Shown piece after piece: positions 1-9,561 of a DNA stretch of 64,000 nucleotides. The stretch is from Alistipes sp. GTDB taxonomy: Bacteria; Bacteroidota; Bacteroidia; Bacteroidales; Rikenellaceae. Each line of letters begins with the position of its first letter. Position 1 is the first letter of the stretch. The position numbers and the translations under genes are program-made. The stretch lies in the NCBI GenBank assembly GCA_017503575.1, contig JAFVSV010000067.1, positions 355 through 64,354 of the forward strand. Reading direction: 5' to 3'. Below the pieces are notes generated by a model. It made no database searches. It was not told the origin of the DNA and saw only the letters and a program-made list of their open reading frames with translations.

Positions 1-1931
1 TCCAAACGCTTCATCATCACAAACATGAAGAGTGCTGAGAGCAAGCAGAGTACTACGAATACTGCCCATACTGACCACAATGGGAGACCTGCCCAGAGGA
101 AACCACCTACTGATACGAGGAAGTTACCGATAGCAGTAGCCACGAACCAGCCACCCATCATCATACCCTTGTACTTTGGAGGTGCTACCTTAGATACGAA
201 TGAGATACCCATTGGCGAGAGAAGAAGCTCTGCGAAGGTCAATACAAGGTAAGTGACAATCAACCAATATGGTGATGTACGAGTCTGTTCCTTGGTTGTG
301 TCGGCGATAGCGGTGATGGTAGCCTCAGCCTCGGCAATCTTTGCCACCTCAGCATCGGCAGCCTTAACAGCGGCCTCAGCCTCGTCGACAAGCTTCTTGT
401 TGTCGGCAACAGCCTCCTCAGAGCCATGACCCTGCTCGTAGAGACTAACAGCTACGTCGTAGCTATTCTTAACAGAGGCGTAGCGTGCGGTAGCCTCCTG
501 CTGTGCTGCAACAGCAGCATCCTTACCAAGGATGACAACCTCTGCATTGTATGTATCGTAGAAGACTGGCTTGGTCTTCTCGTTGAGCTTACCCATGAAG
601 TCCTGAGCAGCCTTAACATCCTTCAACTCTGTAACATCCTTAATATCCTTCAAAGCCTCTGCCGTAGCTGCATCCTTGCTACACAATGCAGCGTACTGCT
701 GTGCCTTATCGAATGCAATAGCGCGCTGCTGCTCCTCTGGAGTGTTTAGGTTTGTTGAGCCGAACGCCATGATAACGAAGCCGATAGCGGCAACCAACAT
801 ACCGTAAGCAATCTTACGAGGTGCTGATGGCTCCTTACCCTTCTTTGCCAAGGCACCGAAGATAGCCATTGACACTGGGGTGAGGGCTACAACGTAGAAT
901 GGGTTGAACTGCTGGAAGATAGGTGCGTCAACAGTGGTTACAGCGTCACCAGTGCCAGTAGCACGGTATACGAGGAATGCGAGGATACCTGTTGAGAGGA
1001 TACCCGAGAAGAGCTTACCCTTAGCGCTCTCGCTCTGGAAGATTGAGAATGCAGCGTATACAGCAACGATGATAAGTGCAAGGTTCCATACGTCGAACAA
1101 CATAGTGTCGAAGCCCATTGCTGTGGTCTCGGTGAACTCGTCAGCGAAGAATGTGAGGGTCAAACCGTTCTGGTGGAACGCCATCCAGAAGAAGATAACA
1201 ACTGCGAATACGAGGCACAAAGCGATGATACGCTGCTTGGTCTCGGCAGGTGAGAGGTTATCCTCAACCTTAGCTGCGGTGTTTGCAGCACCCTTCTTAC
1301 CACCCTCAACGTGGCGGAATGTAGAGCGGAAGACATAGTAGATAGCGATAGAGAGAATCAACGCTGCGCAAGCTACCATGAATGAGAAGTGGTAAGCATC
1401 GTTAGATGAGAAGCCGAGCTCGTTCATAGCGTAGTTCTTCATGCCGATAGCTGTCATAGGTGCGAACAACGAACCTACGTTGATAGCCATGTAGAAGAGC
1501 GAGAAGCCTGAGTCGCGCTTATCGGCGTACTTGGGGTCGTCATAGAGGTTACCAACCATCACCTGGAGGTTACCCTTGAAGAGACCTGTACCAACGCTGA
1601 TGAGCACCAACGCTGCCATCATCACAATCATAGCGAACATGTCGCCACCCAACGGGAACGAGAGTAGCAGATAGCCACCAAACATAATCGAGATACCGAT
1701 AGTAACCATACGGCCGAAGCCAAACTTATCGGCCATGATACCACCTACCAATGGCATGAAGTATACCAAGCCAAGGAAGGTTGAGTAGATGAAGCCTGCG
1801 GTACCTGCCTCCAAGCCGAAGTTCTCGCGCAAGAAGAGGGCGAACACCGCCAACATGGTGTAGTAACCAAAGCGCTCACCTGTGTTTGCGAGTGCCAAGG
1901 CATAGAGTCCTTTAGGATGTCCTTTGAACAT
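1..1931 (-). CDS. POT/PTR-family proton-dependent oligopeptide transporter (MFS), 3' end runs off the window
   Basis: Not in the ORF track. Hand translation from ATG 1931 gives MFKGHPKGLYALALANTGERFGYYTM (ExxERFxYY-like motif), GTGLFKGNLQ, FYMAINVG and ELLLSPMGISFVSKVAP. Confidence 0.93.
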   Translation of the reverse strand, partial: MFKGHPKGLYALALANTGERFGYYTMLAVFALFLRENFGLEAGTAGFIYSTFLGLVYFMPLVGGIMADKFGFGRMVTIGISIMFGGYLLLSFPLGGDMFAMIVMMAALVLISVGTGLFKGNLQVMVGNLYDDPKYADKRDSGFSLFYMAINVGSLFAPMTAIGMKNYAMNELGFSSNDAYHFSFMVACAALILSIAIYYVFRSTFRHVEGGKKGAANTAAKVEDNLSPAETKQRIIALCLVFAVVIFFWMAFHQNGLTLTFFADEFTETTAMGFDTMLFDVWNLALIIVAVYAAFSIFQSESAKGKLFSGILSTGILAFLVYRATGTGDAVTTVDAPIFQQFNPFYVVALTPVSMAIFGALAKKGKEPSAPRKIAYGMLVAAIGFVIMAFGSTNLNTPEEQQRAIAFDKAQQYAALCSKDAATAEALKDIKDVTELKDVKAAQDFMGKLNEKTKPVFYDTYNAEVVILGKDAAVAAQQEATARYASVKNSYDVAVSLYEQGHGSEEAVADNKKLVDEAEAAVKAADAEVAKIAEAEATITAIADTTKEQTRTSPYWLIVTYLVLTFAELLLSPMGISFVSKVAPPKYKGMMMGGWFVATAIGNFLVSVGGFLWAGLPLWSVWAVFVVLCLLSALFMFVMMKRL

Positions 1932-1992
1932 AAAATTTAGTTTTTTTAAGTAATTATTATAGTTTGTTATTTAATTAACATCATACATTGGG

Positions 1993-2000
1993 CAAATATA
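1993..2000 (-). promoter_or_regulatory. Bacteroidetes -7 promoter element (TAtaTTTG) for the POT transporter
   Basis: Matches TAnnTTTG in the AT-rich divergent spacer. Confidence 0.6.
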
Positions 2001-2013
2001 CGAATAATTTTTG

Positions 2014-2021
2014 TATCTTTG
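2014..2021 (+). promoter_or_regulatory. -7 promoter element (TAtcTTTG) for glgB
   Basis: TAnnTTTG about 25 nt before the ATG at 2046. Confidence 0.6.
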
Positions 2022-2045
2022 CTACAAATCAAGCCAAAAAAAAGA

Positions 2046-4079
2046 ATGGATAAACAAAATAAAAGACTCGAAATGGTAGCAGCAGACGATTGGTTGCTAC
2101 CCGTAGAGGGGGAGATAAACCGGCGTTACGACATGTATGTCAGCCGTTTAGCCAACATCGAGCAGGCGGCAGGGTCTATTGTCGACTATGCCAACGGCCA
2201 TCGCTATTTTGGCTGGCAACGCGACGAGGCGATGAAGGGTTGGTGGTTCAGAGAGTGGCTCCCCGAGGCCAAGGATGTCTACATCTTCGGCGACTTCAAC
2301 CACTGGCAGCGCACCGAGCTACGCTTGCAGCGTAACCGCGAGGGTGTATGGAGCATCTTCCTCCCCGACGCGATGTATGCCGAGAGACTTACCGACGGCT
2401 CGCTATACAAGATACATGTTCACGGCGAGAATGGCTGGCGCGACCGCATACCCGCCTACGCCAAGCGCGTGGTGCAGGATGACGCCACAAAGAACTACAC
2501 AGCGCAGTTTGTTATAGAGCGCCCCTACGACTGGAAGCACGACAACTTCAGAGCTCCCAAGGTGGGCGAGTTGCTCATCTACGAGGCACATGTGGGCATG
2601 GCCGTGGAGCGCGAGGGTGTGGGCACATATATCGAGTTCCGCGACGATGTGTTGCCACGCATCAAGGAGTTAGGCTACAACGCCGTGCAGCTTATGGCTG
2701 TGGCGGAGCACCCCTACTATGGCTCCTTCGGCTATCATGTATCGAGCCTCTTTGCGCCATCGTCACGCTTCGGCACGCCCGACGAGCTACGCTCGCTCAT
2801 AGACCGCGCCCACGAGCTCGGCATTGCCGTAATCATGGACCTTGTGCATGCACACTATGTCAAGAACTTCGACGAGGGCATCAACGAACTTGACGGCTCG
2901 AAGCACCACTACTCGAAGGAGGGCGGCGCAGGCTATCAGCAGTATTGGGACTCGATGATCTTCGACTACGGCAAGCGCGAGGTGGAGCATTTTCTACTAT
3001 CTAACGTCAAGTACTGGTTGGAGGAGTATCACTTTGATGGCTACCGCTTTGACGGAGTGACGTCGATGCTCTACCACCACCACGGATATGTCGACTTCGA
3101 CTGCCGCGAGCGCTTCTTCGACGAGGGCGTAAACCGCGATGCAATAGTATACTTAACGCTTGCTAACAAGCTAATACACGACCTGCGCCCCGATGCCATA
3201 ACCATCGCCGAGGATGTGAGTGGCATGCCTGGCACATGCGTGAAGCCCGACGAGGGCGGCATGGGCTTCGACTACCGTCTCGGCATGGCAATCCCCGACT
3301 ACTGGATAAAGCTACTCAAGGAGCAGAGCGACGAGGAGTGGAACATCTGGGAGATGTGGTCGGTGATGACAAACCGCCTACCCTCAGTACGCACCGTGGC
3401 GTATGCCGAGTCGCACGACCAAGCACTCGTGGGCGACAAGACGATAGCCTTCCGACTCATGGACAAGGAGATGTACTTCTCGATGGATAGAGCATCGGAG
3501 AACCTCATCATAGACCGCGGCATGGCGCTACACAAGATGATACGCCTGATGACCATCACCACAGGTGGCGAGGCATATCTCAACTTCATGGGCAACGAGT
3601 TTGGCCACCCCGAGTGGATAGACTTCCCACGCGAGGGTAACGGCTGGTCGTACAAGCATGCGCGACGTCAGTGGTCACTTGCCGAGAATGGCTTCCTCAG
3701 GTACTCCTATCTCAACGCCTTCGACAAGGCTATGATAGAGGTAGTTAAGGAGTATGGCGTCCTTGCCGATGGCTACCCCTACAACCACATGATGGATGAG
3801 CACAACAAGACGATGGTCTACTCACACAAGGGACTTCTCTTCGTGCTCAACTGGCACCCCACAGCATCTATCCCCGACTACGAGCTATGCGTGCCATGGC
3901 CGGGTAAGTACACCGTGGCGCTATCGTCGGATGAGAAGCGCTTTGGCGGCCATGAGCGTGCCGACATCACCTCGGAGCACTTCACGACAACACACAAGCG
4001 CGACGACGGCAGCGAGTACTACACCATAGCCATATATAACACCTCGCGCACAGCACTTGTACTGAAGCACGAAGAGTAA
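2046..4079 (+). CDS. glgB: 1,4-alpha-glucan branching enzyme (GH13_8)
   Basis: Motifs YEAHVGM, FGYHVS, FDGYRFDGVTSM, AEDVSG, YAESHDQ and NFMGNEFGHPEWIDFP. ATG 2046 preferred over TTG 2019. Confidence 0.95.
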   Translation: MDKQNKRLEMVAADDWLLPVEGEINRRYDMYVSRLANIEQAAGSIVDYANGHRYFGWQRDEAMKGWWFREWLPEAKDVYIFGDFNHWQRTELRLQRNREGVWSIFLPDAMYAERLTDGSLYKIHVHGENGWRDRIPAYAKRVVQDDATKNYTAQFVIERPYDWKHDNFRAPKVGELLIYEAHVGMAVEREGVGTYIEFRDDVLPRIKELGYNAVQLMAVAEHPYYGSFGYHVSSLFAPSSRFGTPDELRSLIDRAHELGIAVIMDLVHAHYVKNFDEGINELDGSKHHYSKEGGAGYQQYWDSMIFDYGKREVEHFLLSNVKYWLEEYHFDGYRFDGVTSMLYHHHGYVDFDCRERFFDEGVNRDAIVYLTLANKLIHDLRPDAITIAEDVSGMPGTCVKPDEGGMGFDYRLGMAIPDYWIKLLKEQSDEEWNIWEMWSVMTNRLPSVRTVAYAESHDQALVGDKTIAFRLMDKEMYFSMDRASENLIIDRGMALHKMIRLMTITTGGEAYLNFMGNEFGHPEWIDFPREGNGWSYKHARRQWSLAENGFLRYSYLNAFDKAMIEVVKEYGVLADGYPYNHMMDEHNKTMVYSHKGLLFVLNWHPTASIPDYELCVPWPGKYTVALSSDEKRFGGHERADITSEHFTTTHKRDDGSEYYTIAIYNTSRTALVLKHEE

Positions 4080-4196
4080 GATGTACGAGGAGAGAGGCGT
4101 TGTCGCATATAGCTGGCGGAGAAGATGTTACCTAAAGCAAGGCGGAACTACTCTCAATTACACACTAAAGACAAAAAAACAAAAAAAACATAAACA

Positions 4197-5291
4197 ATGA
4201 AGCGTAACAGAGTAAACCTATTCACGGTGCTTGCTGTGGCGGCGATGACCCTCACGGCATGTGGCACCTCGACACCCAAGGTCGTAGACCATGACGACGA
4301 CAAGACCTTCGACGGCCCCGAGATTGTCGAGGCATACGAGACCCCCGACGGCAATGCCGCCGAGGCAGACCATATAGTGATATCCAAGGCGTCGCTGACG
4401 CTACGCCTCTACGACAAGGGGGGACGTCTCATCGCCAGCTTCCCCGTGGGTGCTGGCCGTAGCTACGGCAATAAGCGCGGTACAGACGACTATGACGATG
4501 CCTTCCGTAGCCCCGAGGGTGAGCTTAAGGTGGGACTTATACAGACCGCCGCACACTGGCGTGATGGCGAGCTCGGCCCATGGTTCATACACCTCGACGT
4601 GCCCAATATCAACACTATAGGCATCTGCGGCACCAAGAGCCCCGAGGTGGTAGGACTACGCGCCACGACGGGCAACTTCGTCATGCGCAACGACGACCTC
4701 GATAGCCTCCGTAACATGATATACCCCAACATGCCTGTCACCGTCATCCCCGCAGAGGGTGACCTACGCGCCGACGGTAAGCTAACCGAGCAGACAGAGA
4801 CAGAGGCCACAGCGCAGACAGCAGATAAGAGCACACCCGCAGAGCAGAGCAAGAGTGAGAGCAAGGGCGAGAATAAGAGCACACCTAATAGCACGACAAA
4901 GAGCGTCGAGAGTGGTACAACAGATGCCAATGGCGACGTATGGCACACCATAGCTAAAGGTGAGTATCTCAGCAACATAGCCAAGAAGTACAACACCACT
5001 CTCAAGAGGCTTAAGGAGCTCAACCCAGGCATCGACGTAGACCGCATACGCGAGGGCCAGCGCATCAAGGTATATAGCGCCGCCGACGCCACAACGACAA
5101 CAGAGCCCACGCCAACAAAGAGTGAGAGCACCACAGCAAACGCTGGCGAGGTGTGGCATACCGTTGTTGAGGGCGACCTCGGAAGTAAGATAGCGAAGAA
5201 GTACAACACCACTCTCAAGAGGCTTAAGGAGCTCAACCCCAACAAGGACCTCGACCGCATATACCCAGGTCAGAAGTTGAGGGTGAAGTAA
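4197..5291 (+). CDS. Lipoprotein with YkuD/L,D-transpeptidase-like domain (catalytic motif altered) and two LysM domains
   Basis: Lipobox LTAC; HIVISKASLTLRLYD...FPVGAG...GPWFIHL; two LysM repeats (WHTI/V..G..LS.IAKKYNTTLKRLKELNP). Confidence 0.8.
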   Translation: MKRNRVNLFTVLAVAAMTLTACGTSTPKVVDHDDDKTFDGPEIVEAYETPDGNAAEADHIVISKASLTLRLYDKGGRLIASFPVGAGRSYGNKRGTDDYDDAFRSPEGELKVGLIQTAAHWRDGELGPWFIHLDVPNINTIGICGTKSPEVVGLRATTGNFVMRNDDLDSLRNMIYPNMPVTVIPAEGDLRADGKLTEQTETEATAQTADKSTPAEQSKSESKGENKSTPNSTTKSVESGTTDANGDVWHTIAKGEYLSNIAKKYNTTLKRLKELNPGIDVDRIREGQRIKVYSAADATTTTEPTPTKSESTTANAGEVWHTVVEGDLGSKIAKKYNTTLKRLKELNPNKDLDRIYPGQKLRVK

Positions 5292-5296
5292 GTGCA

Positions 5297-5601
5297 AAGC
5301 TCTTCAATGGGTGAGGAGCAATTAGCAGAGAACAAATAGCAATGTATGCGGGCGTTGCTCGCAGATAGAGAGAGTTCAGGGAGTTTCAGGGAGACACATA
5401 GTTTCTCCTTGAGACTCTTTGTTGTCTCTATTGCGCTTCGCTTAGTCGGGCGGGAGCAGAGTTCCTTAATTTTATCAAGCGAAGCGCCCTAACAAGCGGG
5501 CATCACCCGCGCCCGATAAAGCAGGCTTTGCCTGCGCCCTCTCACTCATCCCCCAATGTTCATTGCTCTCTGCTCACTACTAATTGCAATTTGAAGAGCT
5601 T
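5297..5601. repeat. ~305-bp palindromic intergenic element (MITE/BIME-like)
   Basis: Terminal inverted repeat AAGCTCTTCAA (5297-5307) / TTGAAGAGCTT (5591-5601), nested inverted segments and internal hairpins. Confidence 0.5.
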
Positions 5602-5651
5602 GAGCCCACCCATCTTTAATCTCTAATCTTTGAGTTTTCATCTTTTTTTAC

Positions 5652-5659
5652 TATCTTTG
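5652..5659 (+). promoter_or_regulatory. -7 promoter element
   Basis: TAtcTTTG upstream of the flippase-holB-folK operon. Confidence 0.6.
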
Positions 5660-5696
5660 CCGCGTTGTGCGTATAAATAGAGGTATGCACATCCGA

Positions 5697-7181
5697 ATGA
5701 TGATAGAGAAGCTCGCTAAACAGACCGCAATATATGGCATCAGCACGATAGTGGTGAGGCTGCTCAACTACTTGTTGACGCCCTACTACACACGTATCTT
5801 CGACGAGGCCACATACGGCATCGTCACCGACATATATGCCCTCATACCCTTCGCCCTTGTGGTGCTATCTATGGGTATGGAGTCGAGCTACTTCCGCTTC
5901 ACCACGCGTGCCGAGGAGCAAGGGGGTGATGTGGCGCAAGGTAAGCGCAAGGTGTTTGCCACAACATGGGGCGTGACGATGCTCACCGCCACAATCTTCT
6001 TCGTTGCTGTATGGCTCCTCAACATGCCTATATCGCGAGCCATGGGTAGCGCATATACGGCACACCCCGAGTATGTACTTATCGTTGCCGCCATCGTCAT
6101 GGTCGACGTGTGGACGATGATACCCTTCTCGCGCCTCAGGGAGCAGGGTCGCGCCATGCGCTTCGTGATGCTCAAGGCACTCAACATGGTGCTCAACGTA
6201 TGTCTCGCCATAGGCTTCGGCATGGCGGGACTCTACGACAGTGGCTTCGGCGTGGGATGGGTGCTTGTCGCCAACCTCGTAGCAAGCGTAGTGACCTTCG
6301 TGGCAATACTCCCCACAACACAGCGCATAGTACCACGCATAGACAGAGCACTACTAAAGCGCATACTGATATACTCGTTGCCACTGCTTATAAGTGGTGT
6401 GGCGGGCACCGCCAACGAGTTTATAGATAGGCAGATGATTAAGTTCTTGACGCCTGGTGGCGAGGCCGTAGCTCTCGCACAGCTCGGCATATATGGTGCC
6501 ATAGTGAAGATAGCGGTCATCATGACGCTCTTCACACAGATGTACCGTCTTGCCGCCGAGCCATTCTTCCTCGCAGGCTTCAAGAAGGAGGAGTTCAAGG
6601 AGGCCAATGCCGCCGCCATGAAGTACTTTATCATAGCATCGGCACTCATCTTCCTGCTCATAACCCTCTTCCGCAATCAGTTTGCATATATCGTCGGCGC
6701 GGAGTTCCGCGTGGGTATCGACATACTTCCATTGGTGCTTGTCGCCAACATCCTCGCGGGCATCTGGCTAAACCTATCGTTCTGGTACAAGCGCGAGGAG
6801 AAGACCAAGTACGCCATGTATATCACCTTCCTCGGTCTCGCCGTGACCATAGGTCTGAGCTTCGTCATGGTGCCTACGATGGGCTACCGCGGTGCTGCGT
6901 GGGTGCGTCTCATCGCTGAGGCAGCAATGGTGGTGTGGAGCTATATCCTTTGCCGCAGACACTACCCCATACCCTACGACCTACGTCGCATGGGCGAATA
7001 TGTGGCACTCACAGCCATCATATATGTCGCCGCCGAGTATGGCTTCACGGGACTCGCAACAGCACCACGCATGGCACTTAACGTGCTTATGTTGATGGTA
7101 GTTGTGGCCTATGCCGTATGGCGCGAGAAGATAGATGTTAAAGCGCTCTTCAGGGGCATAATGAAAAAGATAGGACTATGA
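5697..7181 (+). CDS. Polysaccharide biosynthesis flippase (Wzx/MOP superfamily)
   Basis: KLAKQTAIYGISTIVVRLLNYLLTPYYT N-terminus, many TM segments and the AAEPFF motif. Confidence 0.85.
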   Translation: MMIEKLAKQTAIYGISTIVVRLLNYLLTPYYTRIFDEATYGIVTDIYALIPFALVVLSMGMESSYFRFTTRAEEQGGDVAQGKRKVFATTWGVTMLTATIFFVAVWLLNMPISRAMGSAYTAHPEYVLIVAAIVMVDVWTMIPFSRLREQGRAMRFVMLKALNMVLNVCLAIGFGMAGLYDSGFGVGWVLVANLVASVVTFVAILPTTQRIVPRIDRALLKRILIYSLPLLISGVAGTANEFIDRQMIKFLTPGGEAVALAQLGIYGAIVKIAVIMTLFTQMYRLAAEPFFLAGFKKEEFKEANAAAMKYFIIASALIFLLITLFRNQFAYIVGAEFRVGIDILPLVLVANILAGIWLNLSFWYKREEKTKYAMYITFLGLAVTIGLSFVMVPTMGYRGAAWVRLIAEAAMVVWSYILCRRHYPIPYDLRRMGEYVALTAIIYVAAEYGFTGLATAPRMALNVLMLMVVVAYAVWREKIDVKALFRGIMKKIGL

Positions 7182-8338
7182 AATTCGATTACTTGGTAGG
7201 ACAGCACGAACTAAAGCGTCGCTTCGTCGAACAGATAGATAACAACCGTGTGAGCCACGCGCAGCTCTTCTGTGGCAAGCAGGGCTACGGCACCTTGGCA
7301 TTAGCTGTGGCGTATGTACAGTATCTCTTCTGTGAGCACCGCCACGATGGCGACTCGTGTGGTGAGTGCCCCTCGTGTAAGATGGTGGATATGCTCCAGC
7401 ACCCCGACCTACACCTTGTTTTCCCCGTGAACAAGCGCGACAAGAAGGCGGGCGAGGTTGTCACAAGCGATATGTTTGTCGACAAGTGGAGCCGTCTGTG
7501 CTTCGAGAAGGGCGCCATGTTCGATATCGACGAGTGGTACGACCGCCTCGACCTCGGCCCTACGATGAAGGGTATCATATCTGCCAAGGAGTCGGAGAAC
7601 ATCATAAAGAAGCTATCGCTAAAGAGCTTCATGGCGGAGTATAAGGTGGTACTCATCTGGCTCCCCGAGGCGATGAACATAGAGGCTGCCAACAAACTCC
7701 TCAAGGTGTTGGAGGAGCCATGGGACAAGACCCTCTTTATCTTAGTCACAGAGCACCCCGAGCAGTTGCTACCCACCATAGTGTCGCGCACGCAACAGGT
7801 CGTAGTGCCCCCCATCGAGTATGCCGAGATGGTAGGATTAGCCAATGCCTCGGGCGCCGAGGGCGAGGAGGCAAATGCCATAGCACGCCTCTCACAAGGC
7901 TCCATCCTCGAGTTCGAGAAGGTCATCAAGGGCATGGACAAAGAGGCCAACCGCGACTTCTTCGACCAGTTCCGTACGCTCATGCGTCTCTGTTATAGCA
8001 GCGACCACCTCAAGCTCATGGCATGGGTCGACGAGATGCTCACCCACACGCGCGAGTGCATGTGCCAGTTCTTCATGCACGCCGAACGCCTCTTCCGCGA
8101 GAGCTACATGCTGCACCTCGGTGTACAGGAGGTAAGCTACGTCTGGGGTGAGGAGGCCGACTTCTGCCGTAAGTTCGCACCATACATCGACAGCAAAAAT
8201 ATCGAGCGTCTCATTGCCGAGACCGAACAGGCCCTATACCAGGTGTCGCACAACGGCGCACCACGCATAGTCTTCACACACTATGCCCTCACGGTGAGTA
8301 AGATGATTAACAACATAAGCCCCAAGGGCAATAGCTAA
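7178..8338 (+). CDS. holB: DNA polymerase III subunit delta'
   Basis: HAQLFCGKQGYG, Zn module CGECPSC, HPDLH, AANKLLKVLEEP and TIVSRTQ. Confidence 0.92.
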   Translation: MKFDYLVGQHELKRRFVEQIDNNRVSHAQLFCGKQGYGTLALAVAYVQYLFCEHRHDGDSCGECPSCKMVDMLQHPDLHLVFPVNKRDKKAGEVVTSDMFVDKWSRLCFEKGAMFDIDEWYDRLDLGPTMKGIISAKESENIIKKLSLKSFMAEYKVVLIWLPEAMNIEAANKLLKVLEEPWDKTLFILVTEHPEQLLPTIVSRTQQVVVPPIEYAEMVGLANASGAEGEEANAIARLSQGSILEFEKVIKGMDKEANRDFFDQFRTLMRLCYSSDHLKLMAWVDEMLTHTRECMCQFFMHAERLFRESYMLHLGVQEVSYVWGEEADFCRKFAPYIDSKNIERLIAETEQALYQVSHNGAPRIVFTHYALTVSKMINNISPKGNS

Positions 8339-8341
8339 GCT

Positions 8342-8845
8342 ATGACAAGCGTTATCCTCCTACTCGGCTCCAACGACAAGGCTGCCGCCGCCATCATCGA
8401 GCGCGCCATAGCTGTCGTGGAACTCACCATAGGCGACGTCGTGCGCCGCTCTGGGGAGTACACCTCGGCACCCTACGGCTTCACGGCGGAACGCAGCTTC
8501 GTAAACCGCGCCATAGAGGTAGTATGCGACATCGACGCCTATGAGGTGCTGCGCCGCATAAACCTCATCGAGGCACTCATGGGCCGCAACAGGGAGGAGG
8601 AGAGACGCATACGCATGGCGCGTGGCGAGCAGTACGCCTCACGACCCATAGACATAGACATCGTCTACTACGGTGACGAGCGTTACGACGATGCACGACT
8701 GACCATACCCTACCACTACCTCGACGAGCGTGAGTATGCCCTACGCCCCGTGGTGGAGATAGCACCCGACCGACAACACCCCGCATTGGGACGCACACCC
8801 CGCGAGATGTTGGAGACATTAACAAGAGACGACAATAATAACTAA
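8342..8845 (+). CDS. folK: HPPK, 2-amino-4-hydroxy-6-hydroxymethyldihydropteridine diphosphokinase
   Basis: LLLGSN, FVNRA, SRPIDIDI and LTIPY motifs. Confidence 0.9.
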   Translation: MTSVILLLGSNDKAAAAIIERAIAVVELTIGDVVRRSGEYTSAPYGFTAERSFVNRAIEVVCDIDAYEVLRRINLIEALMGRNREEERRIRMARGEQYASRPIDIDIVYYGDERYDDARLTIPYHYLDEREYALRPVVEIAPDRQHPALGRTPREMLETLTRDDNNN

Positions 8846-8855
8846 CGAGCTGTAT

Positions 8856-9362
8856 ATGAAGCATATAACGAAGATATTCGCACTCCTCGCCATTACCACA
8901 TTGTGCACCGCCTGCTTCAAGGATGAGGTGCAGGGCACGCTGTTAAAGATTGCTGTATACTCACAGGATGATACCGAGAGCGATATAGTGCCCACGACGG
9001 CAGACTTCATCGCCTACGCCTTCTATGTCGACAAGGGCGAGAAGTGGATGGTGGCATCGTGGCAAGATGCTATCGACATGAAGATAACCAATGCAGAAAA
9101 CCCCTCAGAGGTGCTCTCCGGCCCCGATGTCATAGGCACCTTCGACAAGACTGCGGAGTATCAGATATGCCTCGACCTCGATGCGAAGTACACCTCGTTA
9201 GTGGTTGTAGACATGACCAATAAGATATACGCCTACCGCGACTACGAGACGCCGATGAACCTTCCGGAGACCCTCACGCAGCTACACCTCTACGCCTGGA
9301 AATCGTCGGGAAGCGCGTGCGGCTGGACAACAGTAAAGGTCGAGGAGGAGAGCGCAGAGTAA
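8856..9362 (+). CDS. Hypothetical lipoprotein
   Basis: Signal peptide with lipobox CTAC; operonic with folK. Confidence 0.75.
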   Translation: MKHITKIFALLAITTLCTACFKDEVQGTLLKIAVYSQDDTESDIVPTTADFIAYAFYVDKGEKWMVASWQDAIDMKITNAENPSEVLSGPDVIGTFDKTAEYQICLDLDAKYTSLVVVDMTNKIYAYRDYETPMNLPETLTQLHLYAWKSSGSACGWTTVKVEEESAE

Positions 9363-9519
9363 GGAGAGAGAAGCGGTGAGAGGTGAGAGGTGAGGAGAGA
9401 GAAGCGGTGAGGTGCGAGGTGCGAGGAAGGATAAGCAGGCATTGCCTGCTCCCGACCAAGGGCTTTAGCCCACCAGAATAAGAGCTTGCTCCGCCCGATA
9501 AGGCAAAGCGCCCGATAAA
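9362..9519. repeat. Heptamer tandem repeats followed by a REP-like hairpin array
   Basis: GGTGAGA/GGTGCGA units and a duplicated AGGAGAGAGAAGCGGTGAG, then small hairpins separated by CCCGATAA-like spacers. Confidence 0.55.
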
Positions 9520-9561
9520 AGCCTTAAGAGAGCCCTAAAAGCAGATAGAAAAACCAAGATA

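Noticed and set aside
25-1338. Plus-strand ORFs at 25-252, 426-749 and 904-1338
   Set aside because: They are antisense shadows of the minus-strand POT transporter. The same applies to most short overlapping ORFs in the track.
2046-4079. Eukaryote-like branching enzyme as evidence of horizontal transfer
   Set aside because: GH13_8-type GlgB is normal in Bacteroidetes.
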